A stretch of DNA of 64,000 bases, from assembly GCA_964639205.1 (NCBI GenBank), contig CAZXCG010000002.1:3692-67691 (forward strand), given 5' to 3'. Source of the stretch: an uncultured Eubacteriales bacterium. GTDB lineage: Bacteria; Bacillota; Clostridia; Oscillospirales; Acutalibacteraceae. The position numbers and the translations under genes were made by a program. The notes beneath the pieces were generated by a model. The model saw only the letters and a program-made list of their open reading frames with translations. It made no database searches and was not told the origin of the DNA. Shown piece after piece: positions 28,584 through 40,500 of the stretch (positions are counted from its first letter, which is position 1; each line of letters starts with the position of its first letter).

Positions 28584-29360
28584 TTACTTATGTATGTCCT
28601 TGGGATCAAGCCTTCTGCCTTTTCTGTTTTTCTTTCCGCTTTTTTCTTTATCCCAATTTTTGGGCTCTATCTTCTTTTCCTGACCTTTAATTATGCGCAC
28701 AATATTGGCGTGGTGCTTGGCAATTACAAGTATGGCTATAACCGCGGTAAATACCGTGCAGACTATTACATATTCAATCTTAACGGGAACATACCCCTCG
28801 GGGACATTCTTTAAATCCGATACATACAAAAAGAAGAAAGTGTAAACAGGGTACAGAATTGCTGAAATCAGAGACGAAAGCGATATAATGCGCGTTATTA
28901 TGAAAGCAAAACCGAAAGTAAGTATAATCATACCGAAAACGCGGATGTCGGTGACAAGCATAACCGCCGCCGCGGTTGTTACTCCCTTGCCGCCCTTAAA
29001 CTTAAAGTAAACGGGGAACATATGACCGAGGATAACAAACAGTCCGCCGGTGTATGAGCCGTAACGCAGCAGCTCGTTGAGTAGGGTTTGATCCGAGGAG
29101 AAGGACGTAAAAATCATACCGCCCAAAAACGCAGCAAAAACTCCCTTTAAAAAATCAAAGAAGATTGTCATTACAGCGGGACCCTTGCCCACGGAACGCA
29201 AAACATTTGTAAAGCCCGCATTACCGCTGCCCATACCGCGGATATCCTTGTGGAGAGCAAGCCTTGTTATTATGATTGCGGGATTAATACTGCCGATTAA
29301 ATATGAGACAACAGCAACAATTAAAATGATTATCCAGTTTTGCAATAGAATGTCGATCAT
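28584..29360 (-). CDS. plsY: glycerol-3-phosphate acyltransferase PlsY (long form with basic C-terminal tail)
   Basis: 258 aa. LIGSINPAIIITR..GSGNAGFTNVLR..FKGGKGV motifs. Overlaps the der stop by 4 nt. Confidence 0.9.
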   Translation of the reverse strand: MIDILLQNWIIILIVAVVSYLIGSINPAIIITRLALHKDIRGMGSGNAGFTNVLRSVGKGPAVMTIFFDFLKGVFAAFLGGMIFTSFSSDQTLLNELLRYGSYTGGLFVILGHMFPVYFKFKGGKGVTTAAAVMLVTDIRVFGMIILTFGFAFIITRIISLSSLISAILYPVYTFFFLYVSDLKNVPEGYVPVKIEYVIVCTVFTAVIAILVIAKHHANIVRIIKGQEKKIEPKNWDKEKSGKKNRKGRRLDPKDIHK

Positions 29361-30682
29361 ACCTTTTCTCCTTTTTCTCTTATTACAAAGCGAACCGGAG
29401 TTCCCTCCAGACCGAATGTTTCACGTATGCGGTTTTCGAGATAGCGCTGATATGAAAAATGAAAGAGCGCGGCGCTGTTGCAGAAAGCGACGAATGTGGG
29501 CGGCTTTGTGGAAGCTTGCGTCATAAAATAAATTTTAAGCCGTCTGCCCTTATCCGTAGGAGGCTGAACACGCGCGGTTGCCTGAGCCAAAAGCTCGTTG
29601 AGCATGCCTGTGCGTATCCGCATAGCGTTTTGATTGGCAACGAAGCAAATCAGCTCAAAAAGGCGGTCTACACGTTGACCTGTTTTCGCGGAAATAAAAA
29701 TTATCGGAGCATATGACATAAAGGCAAGCTCGGTTTCTAAGCGTTTTTTGAACTCGTTCATTGTTTTGCCGTTTTTTTCTACCGCGTCCCATTTATTAAC
29801 GGCTATGATACATCCCTTGCCGGCTTCGTGCGCCATACCGGCAATTTTACTGTCCTGCTCTGTATAGCCGACCTCCGCATCTATCATTATAACACAAACA
29901 TCGCATCGGTCAATAGCCATTTTTGCGCGGAGTATGCTGTATTTTTCGATGGCGTCGTCCACCTTGCTTTTCCGGCGTATTCCGGCGGTATCTATAAAAT
30001 TAAACACACCGTATTTATTACTGATTTTTGTATCTATGCTGTCGCGCGTTGTTCCGGCAATGTCGGAAACTATACAGCGGTTTTCACCGGTAATTCTGTT
30101 TATCAGCGACGATTTGCCGGCATTGGGCTTCCCTATTACCGCAACGCTTATTTCCGCGCTTTCCGTCTCCTCATCCCGGCAATTCGGCAGGCTTGCAAAA
30201 ATTGCCTCAAGCAAATCGCCCGTTCCGTGACCGTGTACCGCCGAAACCCGAATCGGGTCGCCTAAGCCCAAATTGTAGAATTCATAAAAATCCGCGGGCG
30301 GTTCTCCTATTGAGTCGCATTTATTTACGCATAATATAACGGGCTTGCCGCTTTTTTGCAGCATTTGCGCCACTTCAATATCGGTTGCGACCGGTCCGGA
30401 GCGTACGTCGGTAACCAAAACGGCAACGTCGGCTGCTTCTATGGCAAGCTCCGCCTGACGGCGCATTTGAGCAAGTATAATATCGTCGGAATATGGCTCG
30501 ATTCCGCCGGTATCTATAAGCATGGCGGTTCTCCCGCCCCACTCGCATTCGCCGTAAATACGGTCCCGCGTAACGCCGGGAGTATCGTCCACAATTGATA
30601 TTCGCTTGCCTACAAGCTTGTTAAACAATGTCGATTTGCCCACATTAGGTCTGCCTACAATTGCAATTACAGGTTTTGCCAA
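29357..30682 (-). CDS. der: ribosome-associated GTPase Der (EngA)
   Basis: 441 aa with two tandem G domains (GRPNVGKST, GKPNAGKSS) and a KH-like C-terminus. Confidence 0.95.
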   Translation of the reverse strand: MAKPVIAIVGRPNVGKSTLFNKLVGKRISIVDDTPGVTRDRIYGECEWGGRTAMLIDTGGIEPYSDDIILAQMRRQAELAIEAADVAVLVTDVRSGPVATDIEVAQMLQKSGKPVILCVNKCDSIGEPPADFYEFYNLGLGDPIRVSAVHGHGTGDLLEAIFASLPNCRDEETESAEISVAVIGKPNAGKSSLINRITGENRCIVSDIAGTTRDSIDTKISNKYGVFNFIDTAGIRRKSKVDDAIEKYSILRAKMAIDRCDVCVIMIDAEVGYTEQDSKIAGMAHEAGKGCIIAVNKWDAVEKNGKTMNEFKKRLETELAFMSYAPIIFISAKTGQRVDRLFELICFVANQNAMRIRTGMLNELLAQATARVQPPTDKGRRLKIYFMTQASTKPPTFVAFCNSAALFHFSYQRYLENRIRETFGLEGTPVRFVIREKGEKV

Positions 30683-30709
30683 AGCGGTCAGCTCCTTTGC
30701 TTTTTTTAT

Positions 30710-32008
30710 TTATTTTACAATGGCGCAAATAAATTGCTCTCCGTTATTATTAACGGGCAAGACGGGAACATTCAGAGCCTGCTCGACCTCGGCGGGGGTG
30801 GTATCGTCCAAGAAAACAGTATTGTCAAAATTGAGCATAACCGATGGAATCAGCAGGCGCTCGCCAAGCGGTTTGCCTTGAAGCTGATTGATGAGGTCGC
30901 GGCCGACTACAAGCCCGGAAACATTGATTCCGCCGCCGAAAAAATCGTTTTTTATCGGATATATATTGACGGAAACATTGGGGAACTTCCGCCTGACGCT
31001 GTTGGTAATTTCACGCAGATAAGGCGCTGCGCTTGTGCCGCAGGCAATGCTTAACGTGCGGTGAAGCTCCGCGTTGAATGGGGTTTCTTCCAGTTCAAGG
31101 TTTACCTCGTCCCTTAAAAGCGCTATCAATCCCACGCCGTTTTCGAGCGCAGGAAAATCCTCGTAAAACTGCGCGTCGGGAATTTCTCTGCCGGCTTTGA
31201 TGTACAGCTCGTCGGCGGCAAAAAATCTTCTGCAGCCTGTCCGACGCTTGCTTTCGTTCCCAAAACGCTCCACAATGTCTACGGTTTCCGCGGCGCTTTC
31301 CTTTGTATAGGGCGTAAGCGGATAAAGACCCTCCCTGTATCTTGTGAGCCCGACCGGCACCACAGCGGTCATTGCAACCTTCATATCGTTAAGGTCGTTA
31401 AGAGTTCTTACAAGTTCCGCGCCATCGTTTATTCCGGGGCATGCAACAATCTGGCAGTTTATAACAATGCCTTCGTCGGCAAATCTGCGCAGCGTTTTGA
31501 GCGATTCGCCCGCAAAACGGTTATGCATCATTTTAACCCGCAATTCTGGATTTGTTGTATGAACCGAAACATTTATCGGACTTATATGCATTTTTATTAT
31601 GCGGCTGATTTCATGCTCCGTAAGATTGGTAAGCGTTATATAGTTTCCAAACAAAAAGGAGAGACGGCTGTCGTCGTCTTTAAAATAGAGTGAGCTGCGC
31701 ATTCCCTTTGGAAGCTGATCAATAAAACAAAAAATACATTTGTTGCGGCAGCTGTGCTGCTTGTCCATAAGATAAGTGGAAAATTCAAGCCCTATTTCTT
31801 CGTATTCGGCCTTTTTGAGCTTCAGCAGGCGGCGCTTTCCCTCTTTGGAAACAAGCTCGAGCGAAAGCTCTCTTTCAAGCTGATAGAAGCGGTAGTCGAG
31901 CACGTCTACAATTTCGTGTCCGTTTATTGAACACAGCAATTCACCGGCTTTAATTCCGTATTTATAAGCGGGGCTATTTTCCTTGACGGACGCAATTGTT
32001 ACGGACAA
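30710..32008 (-). CDS. DUF512 / PDZ-radical-SAM-like protein
   Basis: I prefer the TTG at 32008 (GGGAGG RBS 8 nt upstream) to the track's ATG at 32059. N-terminal PDZ-like region (VKENSPAYKYGIKAGELL), then CRNKCIFCFIDQLP. The der-upstream position is typical in Firmicutes. Confidence 0.75.
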   Translation of the reverse strand: MSVTIASVKENSPAYKYGIKAGELLCSINGHEIVDVLDYRFYQLERELSLELVSKEGKRRLLKLKKAEYEEIGLEFSTYLMDKQHSCRNKCIFCFIDQLPKGMRSSLYFKDDDSRLSFLFGNYITLTNLTEHEISRIIKMHISPINVSVHTTNPELRVKMMHNRFAGESLKTLRRFADEGIVINCQIVACPGINDGAELVRTLNDLNDMKVAMTAVVPVGLTRYREGLYPLTPYTKESAAETVDIVERFGNESKRRTGCRRFFAADELYIKAGREIPDAQFYEDFPALENGVGLIALLRDEVNLELEETPFNAELHRTLSIACGTSAAPYLREITNSVRRKFPNVSVNIYPIKNDFFGGGINVSGLVVGRDLINQLQGKPLGERLLIPSVMLNFDNTVFLDDTTPAEVEQALNVPVLPVNNNGEQFICAIVK

Positions 32009-32118
32009 CCGGCACACCTCCCTGCCGCAATTTTGAAATAAAGCGCGCCTAAAAAACAAAAGGGCGGTCAGAGATATAATACCCGCCGCCTAAAAACTTT
32101 TGTTTCAAGATTTTGAAA

Positions 32119-32301
32119 TTAAGCCTCTTTTACAATGACCTGTCTGCCGTTGTACATACCGCAGTTACCGCAAACCTTGTGCGGAGCCTTAAATTCGCCG
32201 CAGTTAGGGCAAACGCAAAGGGCAGGTGTCTGAAGCTTCCATACGTTGGAACGTCTTTTATCTCTTCTTGCCTGTGAATGTTTTCTCTTAGGTACTGCCA
32301 T
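32119..32301 (-). CDS. rpmF: 50S ribosomal protein L32
   Basis: 60 aa. MAVPKRKHSQARRDKRR.. with a CPNCG..CGNCG zinc ribbon. Confidence 0.95.
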   Translation of the reverse strand: MAVPKRKHSQARRDKRRSNVWKLQTPALCVCPNCGEFKAPHKVCGNCGMYNGRQVIVKEA

Positions 32302-32323
32302 TTCAAGGACCTCCTTTAATGTG

Positions 32324-32818
32324 TCAATCTATCAATTGCTTCAGCTTTTCAAGTCTGTAATCAGCCAAGCCGCGATCGCACCCGCATTCCGCCTTGTTAA
32401 GGTTTTGTCCGCATTTTATGCACAACCCCTTGCAGTCGTCGCTGCACAAATATTTTCCGGGAAGCTGCAGCAGAATGTCTGTGATCGCCAGTTCGTCAAG
32501 ATCAAGCTTGAAATCGGGCGTTTCAATGTAATCGCCGTTATTTTCCTCATTAAGAGAAGCGACAAGATTATGATGAAACTCAAAGTGCATATTTGTCGTT
32601 ACCTCGTCAAGACAGCGGTCGCAGGGTCTTGAATAAGCAAAATCCGCCTGAATGTCAAGACGAACCAGACTTGCCCTGTTGAAAGCAACGACCTTTATCT
32701 TTACAGGCTCCTTAAAAGGACGGATACTGTCAATTTCAATATCATTCATCAAAAGCTCTTTTTCAACTTCAAGCTTTTCTCCGATATTTTGAAATACTTT
32801 TTTTAAATCAAGAAGCAT
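32324..32818 (-). CDS. YceD-family (DUF177) 23S rRNA accumulation protein
   Basis: 164 aa from the ATG at 32818 (GAGGTG RBS). The track extends to 33106 without support. C-terminal CxxxCKGLCxxCGxNLN motif; conserved pairing with rpmF. Confidence 0.85.
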   Translation of the reverse strand: MLLDLKKVFQNIGEKLEVEKELLMNDIEIDSIRPFKEPVKIKVVAFNRASLVRLDIQADFAYSRPCDRCLDEVTTNMHFEFHHNLVASLNEENNGDYIETPDFKLDLDELAITDILLQLPGKYLCSDDCKGLCIKCGQNLNKAECGCDRGLADYRLEKLKQLID

Positions 32819-33173
32819 TTTACACCTCGGAGCTTCGGCACGGATTCTGTAAACGCTAAAGCTTATTATACCGAAAGCGCCTTTGTTTGTCAATACAAAA
32901 TTTAAATTTTTTGTTGTAAGCGGGGGCGTCCTTTGCTCCAAAAAGACGCAAATTTTTTGAAACGCCGCATTTCCCAAAAATATCGGGAAATAATAAACTG
33001 CGCCAAACATAAAGCGCGGCACGGACCGCCTGCCGAGGTTTTCGCGCCAACGGCGGTTTATTCCGCCCGAAAGTTTCGGTTGAAGATATAATCTCACGCT
33101 TAACATCCGCGGAGCAGGCGCCCCGATTTAAATATTGATGATTCGCCGTGATTCAAAGGAGGAAAGAAAAAGC

Positions 33174-34376
33174 ATGAGTATTGACCCGAGAGCCGTTTTG
33201 GAAGCGGCCGAGCGAATAAAACCGGAGATTATCGAAAATCGTCGGAAGCTCCACAGTGAGCCTGAAATCGGAAATAATCTTCCTAATACAAAAAAATATG
33301 TAATGCAGCGGCTGCTCGACATGGGTTACCGTCCGACAGAATTATGCGAAAGCGGGATCGTCGCGACAATTTCCGGCAGGAAACCCGGTAAATGCATACT
33401 GCTGCGCGCAGATATGGACGGACTGAGGTTGGAAGAAAAAACCGGCCTCGCTTTTCATTCAGCAAACGGGAATATGCATGCCTGCGGTCATGATATGCAC
33501 ACCGCTATGCTGCTCGGCGCGGCAAGGTTGCTCCGGGAATTTGGGGAGAAAATACACGGCAGCGTGAAGCTGGTGTTTCAGCCGGATGAAGAGGGTTTTA
33601 CAGGGGCAAAAGCCATGCTGCGCTCCGGCGTTCTTAAAAATCCGGAACCTCAGGCGGCGCTGGCTCTCCATGTCCACTCCGGGACGCCCTGCGGTATGCT
33701 GCCCTTCGGGCGGGGCGTTACCATGGCCGGCTGTACGCTCTTCCGAATTACGGTAAAGGGCGCAGGCTGTCACGGAGCAATGCCGGAGACGGGCGTTGAC
33801 CCAATTAATATTGCAGCGCATATTTTAATTGCCCTTCAGGAAATTAACGCAAGGGAAACCGCCGCTAAGCAGCCCGCCGTCATAACAGTCGGGAAAATGA
33901 GCGGGGGTTACTCGCCGAACATTATTCCTCGGAAAGCCGTTTTGGAAGGGAGCGTCCGAACCTTCGAGCGTCAGCTAACAGAAAAAATATTAAGCCGGAT
34001 TGAGAGCATTTCCGCAGATATTGCGGGAGCGTTCCGGGGACAAGCGCAGGTACGGGAGCTTGCCTCAGCCCCACCGCTGATAAACGATATTCCGCTGACT
34101 GACCGAATGTCCGGATATGCCGAGGAGCTTTTTGGGCGGCAAGCCGTATACCGCATGGACGAGGGCGGGATGGGATCCGAGGATTTTGCCTCGTACACCT
34201 ATGAGCTCCCCTGCTCATACATCCTTATCGGTGCAGGATCGGCGGCGGAAAATCCTTTATACGGACTTCCGATGCACAGTGAAAAAGTAGTGTTTAGTGA
34301 AGATATTTTAACAAAAGGCGCGGCGCTGCACACATATTGCGCCCTGCGCTGGCTCGAGCAATCCGACACCCAATAA
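33174..34376 (+). CDS. M20-family amidohydrolase/peptidase (N-acyl-amino-acid amidohydrolase-like)
   Basis: 400 aa from the ATG at 33174 (AAGGAGG RBS). HACGHDMHTAMLLGAA metal-binding motif. Confidence 0.85.
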   Translation: MSIDPRAVLEAAERIKPEIIENRRKLHSEPEIGNNLPNTKKYVMQRLLDMGYRPTELCESGIVATISGRKPGKCILLRADMDGLRLEEKTGLAFHSANGNMHACGHDMHTAMLLGAARLLREFGEKIHGSVKLVFQPDEEGFTGAKAMLRSGVLKNPEPQAALALHVHSGTPCGMLPFGRGVTMAGCTLFRITVKGAGCHGAMPETGVDPINIAAHILIALQEINARETAAKQPAVITVGKMSGGYSPNIIPRKAVLEGSVRTFERQLTEKILSRIESISADIAGAFRGQAQVRELASAPPLINDIPLTDRMSGYAEELFGRQAVYRMDEGGMGSEDFASYTYELPCSYILIGAGSAAENPLYGLPMHSEKVVFSEDILTKGAALHTYCALRWLEQSDTQ

Positions 34377-34581
34377 ATGAAAATCTCTGCGATTAAAAAA
34401 TCTTGAACAAACCTGATTTTGCATAGTAAAGCAGGAGCTGTCTCTCCCTGCGCGGTGAATCGCTCCGTGTTTTTAAAATCCTTTTCTGCCCGGGACAAAA
34501 AACAAAAAATTACAGGGATCGGCGCAGAGCCGACCCCTGTAATTATTAAATACAGATATTATTTTTTCGGCGCGTTTGGGG

Positions 34582-37500
34582 TTACTGCTGAATGGGGAAT
34601 TTACTGATAATATTAGCGTAGATCTGAAGAATCAGCGTTGCGTCTGAAGAGTCTATTACATTGTTGCCGTCAACATCAGCCGCTTTTTTAACGAACGTCT
34701 CGTAATTATCATCAATAATTTCTGCGTAACGCTGCAGAACAAGCGTCGCGTCGGCCGAGTCAACAGCGCCGTTTCCGTCAACATCGCCGAGGGTGTACTG
34801 CTCTTCGGCAGAAGAGCCTACCACGCGTATTTCTGCCGCAGATGAGTAATCTACATCCTGAGAATCCGAGTAAGATTCTACCGATACAAGCTTTACATAC
34901 TTTGTTTCTACCGTATCGAAGGAAGCGGTTTTAAGGGCTGAATCCGCCGACCATTCGCCTTCGCAAACAGTCTTCCATTCGTTACCGTCTTCACTTACTT
35001 CAATGCGGTATTTTGTGATTGTACCGTTAAGGTCAGACTGTGAGGGCAGGTAAGTTACAGCGTAAACGCCGTAGTCACCGTCCAGCTCCAGAATGATGTA
35101 ATGCAGCGAGCGGTCAGACCCGTTTAAATCGGTTTGCCAAATCGTGTTTACATCATCGTCAAGAGCCATCTCGGCTCCGGCGCCGACGGAGCTGCTGCCT
35201 GCCGTTGCGGTGATGCTGTCGGCCGGAATTACATCATCGGTTCCGTAAATGGTAACGTTCTGTGAAGCAAAGGTAACTGTTTTTGCAGTGTCCTTCAGCA
35301 TTGCCTGCACTGTTACGGTGTAGGTTCCACCGGGCAAATTTTGAAGCAGCGCGTCCGTATCGACCCAATCGCTTGTTGAAAAGTTATAGCTGCCGTTTGC
35401 TGCGGATACAAACACATATGCAACGTCTTGACCGTAGGCGCCGGAGAGCGCGTCGGCATCCAACTCAATTTGGTTCTGAGAAACGGTAAGCTGAGGAACA
35501 ATACTGCTGCTCTCATAGCCCATCGGGGTTTCGTACCAGTTGTTGTAAACCGCGCTGTTTAAAGAATCAAGTCCGAGAGCGTCAATAAACATACGCGCCA
35601 TATAGATGTGTCCGTTAGCCGACGGGTGCAGATTATCCGTTGAGTTAAAGAACAGGTAATCCGCTCTTGCGCCTAATGAATCGCCGTTTGCAATGTAGGT
35701 AAGGGAATTAACAAGATTCGTCGTTTCTTCAAACTGATTGATGAAGATAAGTCCGTTTTCTTCGGCAACTTCTTTGGCCGCCTGAACATAGTCGGGCTGG
35801 TTTGCATTGTAGTCAAGCCTTACAATAGGAGCGCGTATAACGGCTATTGCTCCCTTAGCTTCAATAGCATCGACAATAGACTGGAGATTTGCTTTATAGG
35901 TAGCCACGGGAATCAAATTGGCAAGCGTTGCGTCGTTTGTACCCAGTTGAACAGACACAACATCGGGGGAATAACGGTTAAGTCTTTCGTTTATTCTCGC
36001 AAGAGTAGACGTTGTGGTTGCCGATGAAACGGCGGTATTTATAACCGTGTCGTCAACTCTGCCCAAATCCTCGCGAATATATTTTGTGAATATATCCGCA
36101 ATGTTGTCGTAGGCTTTGCCGTAACCCATGGCAACGCCGTGAGTAATGGAGTCGCCCATAAACATCCATGTGAGCGGCTCGTCGCCGTTTACAAGGTCGG
36201 CAATCTGCTGCTGCTGTTCGTCAAGCTCTCGCTGATATTTAACGGCTGCGCTGCCTTCCTGTATAACGCCCTGCATTACCGTAAGCTGCGTTGTTCCGTC
36301 TTCGGAGCAAACCGTCAGGTAATATTCTGCGCCGGCGGGAAGAGCTTTAAACTCCGCCGTATTGCCGGACAGGCAGGAAACCGTGTACGAACCCTCAACT
36401 GTAAGAGCGTAATTCCAGTTTGTGCTTTCGTCAACGCCGGAGAGCGCCACGCTTAGGGATGTTTGACCCGCTGTAGCTGTGATTACCGCGTCGGCGTCGT
36501 AAACTGAGGGCCCTTCAACGGAAACAAGATTGAGGTTACTGCTTGTAAGAGATGAAGAAGCGCCGATCGCCTTTGCCTCAAACTGCTTGGAAATTGAAAG
36601 ATGACCCGTCGCGTTAAGAGAACCGTCCTCGTTAAGCGATGTGCTTAAGAAGCTTGCGTTATCCGTGCTTGCAAAGTGGTTTACAACCGCAACCCGTGCA
36701 AGCTGATCCTCCGGAAGAGCCGATACAACCTCGTTTACCGCAAGAGCATACGCGATTGCGTTTTCTCTGAGCTGTTCATCTGCGGGAGCATACGGGTTCT
36801 GAATTACCACATAGCCTGTTCCGCTTCTGAGGTTAAGTCCTTTTTCTATAAATGCGCTGAGGTTTGATTTAAATGCTTCAAGCGCGGAAGCTGAAGCGTC
36901 GTCTGCATAATCTTCGGCACCTACCATATATGAAACGGCTTTGGGGTCGAAGGCTGTAACAAGGGCGTCAAAGTCTTCAACTATATCGGCAAGAGTTCTG
37001 CCGGTTTGACCCTCGTTGATAACATAGCGTTCTCTGTTCGGGTTGCCCGTCAGGCTGTTTGTACCGTCCGCGCTGCCGGGGTTATTGTCGTAGGTGTATT
37101 CCTTAAACTGGGAAACATAGTTTTTAGCGCCGCCTACGTCAGAGAAAGGACCCTGAACAACGCGACCGCCGACAAACACCCATGTGTTGCCGCTTTCACT
37201 GTTGAACATTGTTGAAGCGCTTATCGAAGAACCGCTTGAAATATTGGGGACGGCGGTTTCTATTGCCGTGCGCTCAATAAGCTCCTCGTCCGAAAGCGGG
37301 ATGGAATAAGCTTCGGCAAAAGCAATTGTGCCGCCGAAATAATATGCCGAAGCGCCCGCGCGCATGGTCGAACCCAACTGGACTGTGTCAAGCCCTGTAA
37401 TATTGCTTATAAAGCTTGTTCTGCCGTCAAATGTGCCTACAAGGACGCCGTTGGCAAATACCTTGTACTGCTGCAAATCCTTATCGTACTTAACGGCTAT

Positions 37501-40500
37501 GGCGTTTTCACTTCCGCTGTTTAAAACCGCGCCGGTTGTAAACGAGTTGGTTGTGCCGCTTGCAATGTTGTCGCGCGATTCCATTCCGATAACACCGGCA
37601 GGCGTAATGTAAATGTGGAAGTGACGGTTGCTGTTGCCGGCAGTGTTGTTGGAAACGCTGATAAGCGACTGTATGGCATAGCTGGAGGTGGAAGTAAATT
37701 TAATGATGAACGTTCCCTCGTCCATAGCCATAACCCGACTTGCATAATCTTTACTTGTGAGTGAAACTCCGTTATTTGTGCTTACTTCAACGTTTTCTTC
37801 ACGGAAGATCAGCCCCTGAGCCGAGGCAATAATGTTAAAATCACTTTCTGAAGAATAGGAACCGTTTTCCGCCCTTACACGGATTGTGTAGGTTTGACCG
37901 TCTGTAAGCGCCTGCGAACCGATTTTCAAAACGCTGCCGTCGATTGCAAAGAGGCTGTTTTGATTATTTTCGCCTACAAGGGAATATGTGTAATTCCCTG
38001 CGGGAGCCACTGTGCTGACGGACAGAACGCCTATCTGCGCGCCGGCGGTTAAATCGGAAGCAATGTTGTTGCTGAGGAGGACGCCGAAGGTTACCTCCAT
38101 TTCGTCCGAAAGCGACGCTTGCTGCGAAGCAAACGTTACCGAAGTCGGAGTTGCTTTGAGCTCGGCGGTAACAGAAACCGTGTAATTTCCGTTTTCAAGG
38201 TTGGAGAGCGTCACCGTCGTTTCGGACGCTGTCGCCACGGTTTTGCTGAAAGAATTGCCGTCTTTATCAGCAGCTGTAAGAGTTACATAACCCAGGTCGC
38301 TGCCGTACTGCGAGGCAAGCTCGGACGCGTCTAAAACAATTTTACCCGGAGCGGCGGAAATCGACGGGGTAAGCGTGCTTGTCGATTCTGTCTTTGAAAT
38401 TTTGTACCAGTGGTTATAAACGGCACTGTTGTATGTGTCGAAGCCGAGGCTTTCGATAACTGTGCGCGCCATAACTATATGACCGTTTGCATTGGGGTGA
38501 ATGGCGTTTCCGAGCAGCAGATAATTTGCAAGGCTGCTGCCGTTAAGGTAGCTGGCGTTGTCTGTCAGCTCGCCGAAGGCTGCAAACTGGTCGGCAAATA
38601 TGACGTTGTCGTACGTTGCGGCTACTTCTCTTGTCTGCTGAATAACGGTTGCAAGATTTGTAACGTAAGAGCTGCCGGAGCTTGCGGGGGTTGAGGTTCT
38701 GAGCACTACTATAGCGCCCATCTCCTGAGCCTTATCTATAATCTGCGTAAGCTGCGTTTTAAAGTTTGCAAGGTTGCTCGCGGAGTCGTTCATACCGAGC
38801 TGAATTAAAACAACGTCGGGGCTGTAGTCGGTAAGTCTGCCGCTTATATTGTTTAACGTACTCTGGGCGGTCGCGCCGGAAACTGCGGTGTTGAGCACAA
38901 CGTCGTCGGTTCTGCCGAGCTCCTCTTTGATGTACTTTTCAAAAATCTGGCTGACGGAATCGTAGCCTGCCGTCCAAAGCGCTCCGTGAGTAATGGAATC
39001 GCCCATAAACAGCCATGTAAGCGATTCCTTCTGTTCCATTAAGTCGGCGATCGCCTGCTGGTTTTTATCCAATTGAGCGGTCTTTTTAACCGCTTTGTCG
39101 TTTTCGGCAACCGTGCCGCTCATTACGGTGTACTGTGTTACTCCGTCGGCGGTTGTTACCGTGAGCGTATATTCCTCGCCCTGCGGAAGCGCGGCGGTTG
39201 TAATGCCGCTTTCGGTATACTGAGAAGTTTTTGAAAGCGTGTAAGAATCGGTTTCAACAGTATATGTGTAGCTGTCGCCTACCGTAAGCTTATCCGAGGT
39301 GAAAGTAAGCGTGTTATCGCTGTTCACCACAGCGGTTACTTCAACGTCCGAATAAACGGTGGGACCTTCTTCAAGCTGCAAGGAAAGGTTTGAATCCGTT
39401 ATGCTGTAGCTCAAGCCGATTGCCGAGCAAAGCTCCCTTGCAATTTCAAGCTGACCGTTTGCGTTAAGATAACCGGATTCATTGATTTTTGAAGCGAAAG
39501 CCGCCGAACCGGAGGTGAGGCGGTTGTGGTTGACAACCAGGACGCGCGGCTGAACCGTGCTGTCAAGAGCGCTGACAACCTCGTTTACCGCAAGAGCGTA
39601 GGCTTTTGCAGCCTCCGCTTGATTTTCATCGGCGGGAGTATAGGGGTTTTGAATAACTACGCGCCCGGTATTGTCTCTTTGAGCAAGACCCTTTTCTATA
39701 AAGCTCTTGAGATTTTCCTTAAAGGCGGTAAGCACGGTATCCTCGGTTCCCTTGCTGTAATCCTCGTACCCAACAAGATAAGCTATAGTCTGGGGATTAA
39801 CCTCTGCAAGAGACGCATCCAGAGAACCTACCACCTTTGCTATGTCGTTGCCTGTAGCGCCGAAGTTTGTAACAAAGCGCGCCATATTCACGCTGTAGCC
39901 GCCCGACGAGGCGTTAGTTGCGTCGCCCGAACCGGGGTTATTCTGCCAGCGGATTGCCTCTTCAAACTGCCTTACATAGTTTCTTGATCCGCCCGCCTCG
40001 GCATATGTTCCCTGAACGTCGCGCCCGCCGAAGAAAGCCCAGGTGTTCTTTTCAACGTCAGACGAAGGAGCAGTTTTTGATTTAACGTCTGCGCCCGTGG
40101 CAAGGTCGGGAACCGCGTCGGGGTCAACGGGCAAAGCCGTAATAACGGCAAGCTCATCCGCTGTGTAAACCTCTTCGGAAATTAAGGCAAAGTAAATAGT
40201 GCCGCAGAAAAGCCTCATATTTCCGGCAACGGTGCCGTCCAAGCCGCCGAGATACAGGCGGTCAATTTCAGTATTGCTGAAAAATTTTGCAGCACCCGAA
40301 AAAGACTGAGCGTTTGCGCCGTCGGACGCCGCAACGGTTGAAGTTCCGCTTACCGTGGAAAAAGCATATATGTGCTTCTGACCGTCGTTTATGCCGCTCT
40401 GCGCTCCGTTTGCGCCCCAGTAAGTACTGGTAGTGGAGCTGTTATTAAACGAAAAGCGAAAAGTATTGCTTTTAACTCCCGTCCAGAAATGATTGAAGCT

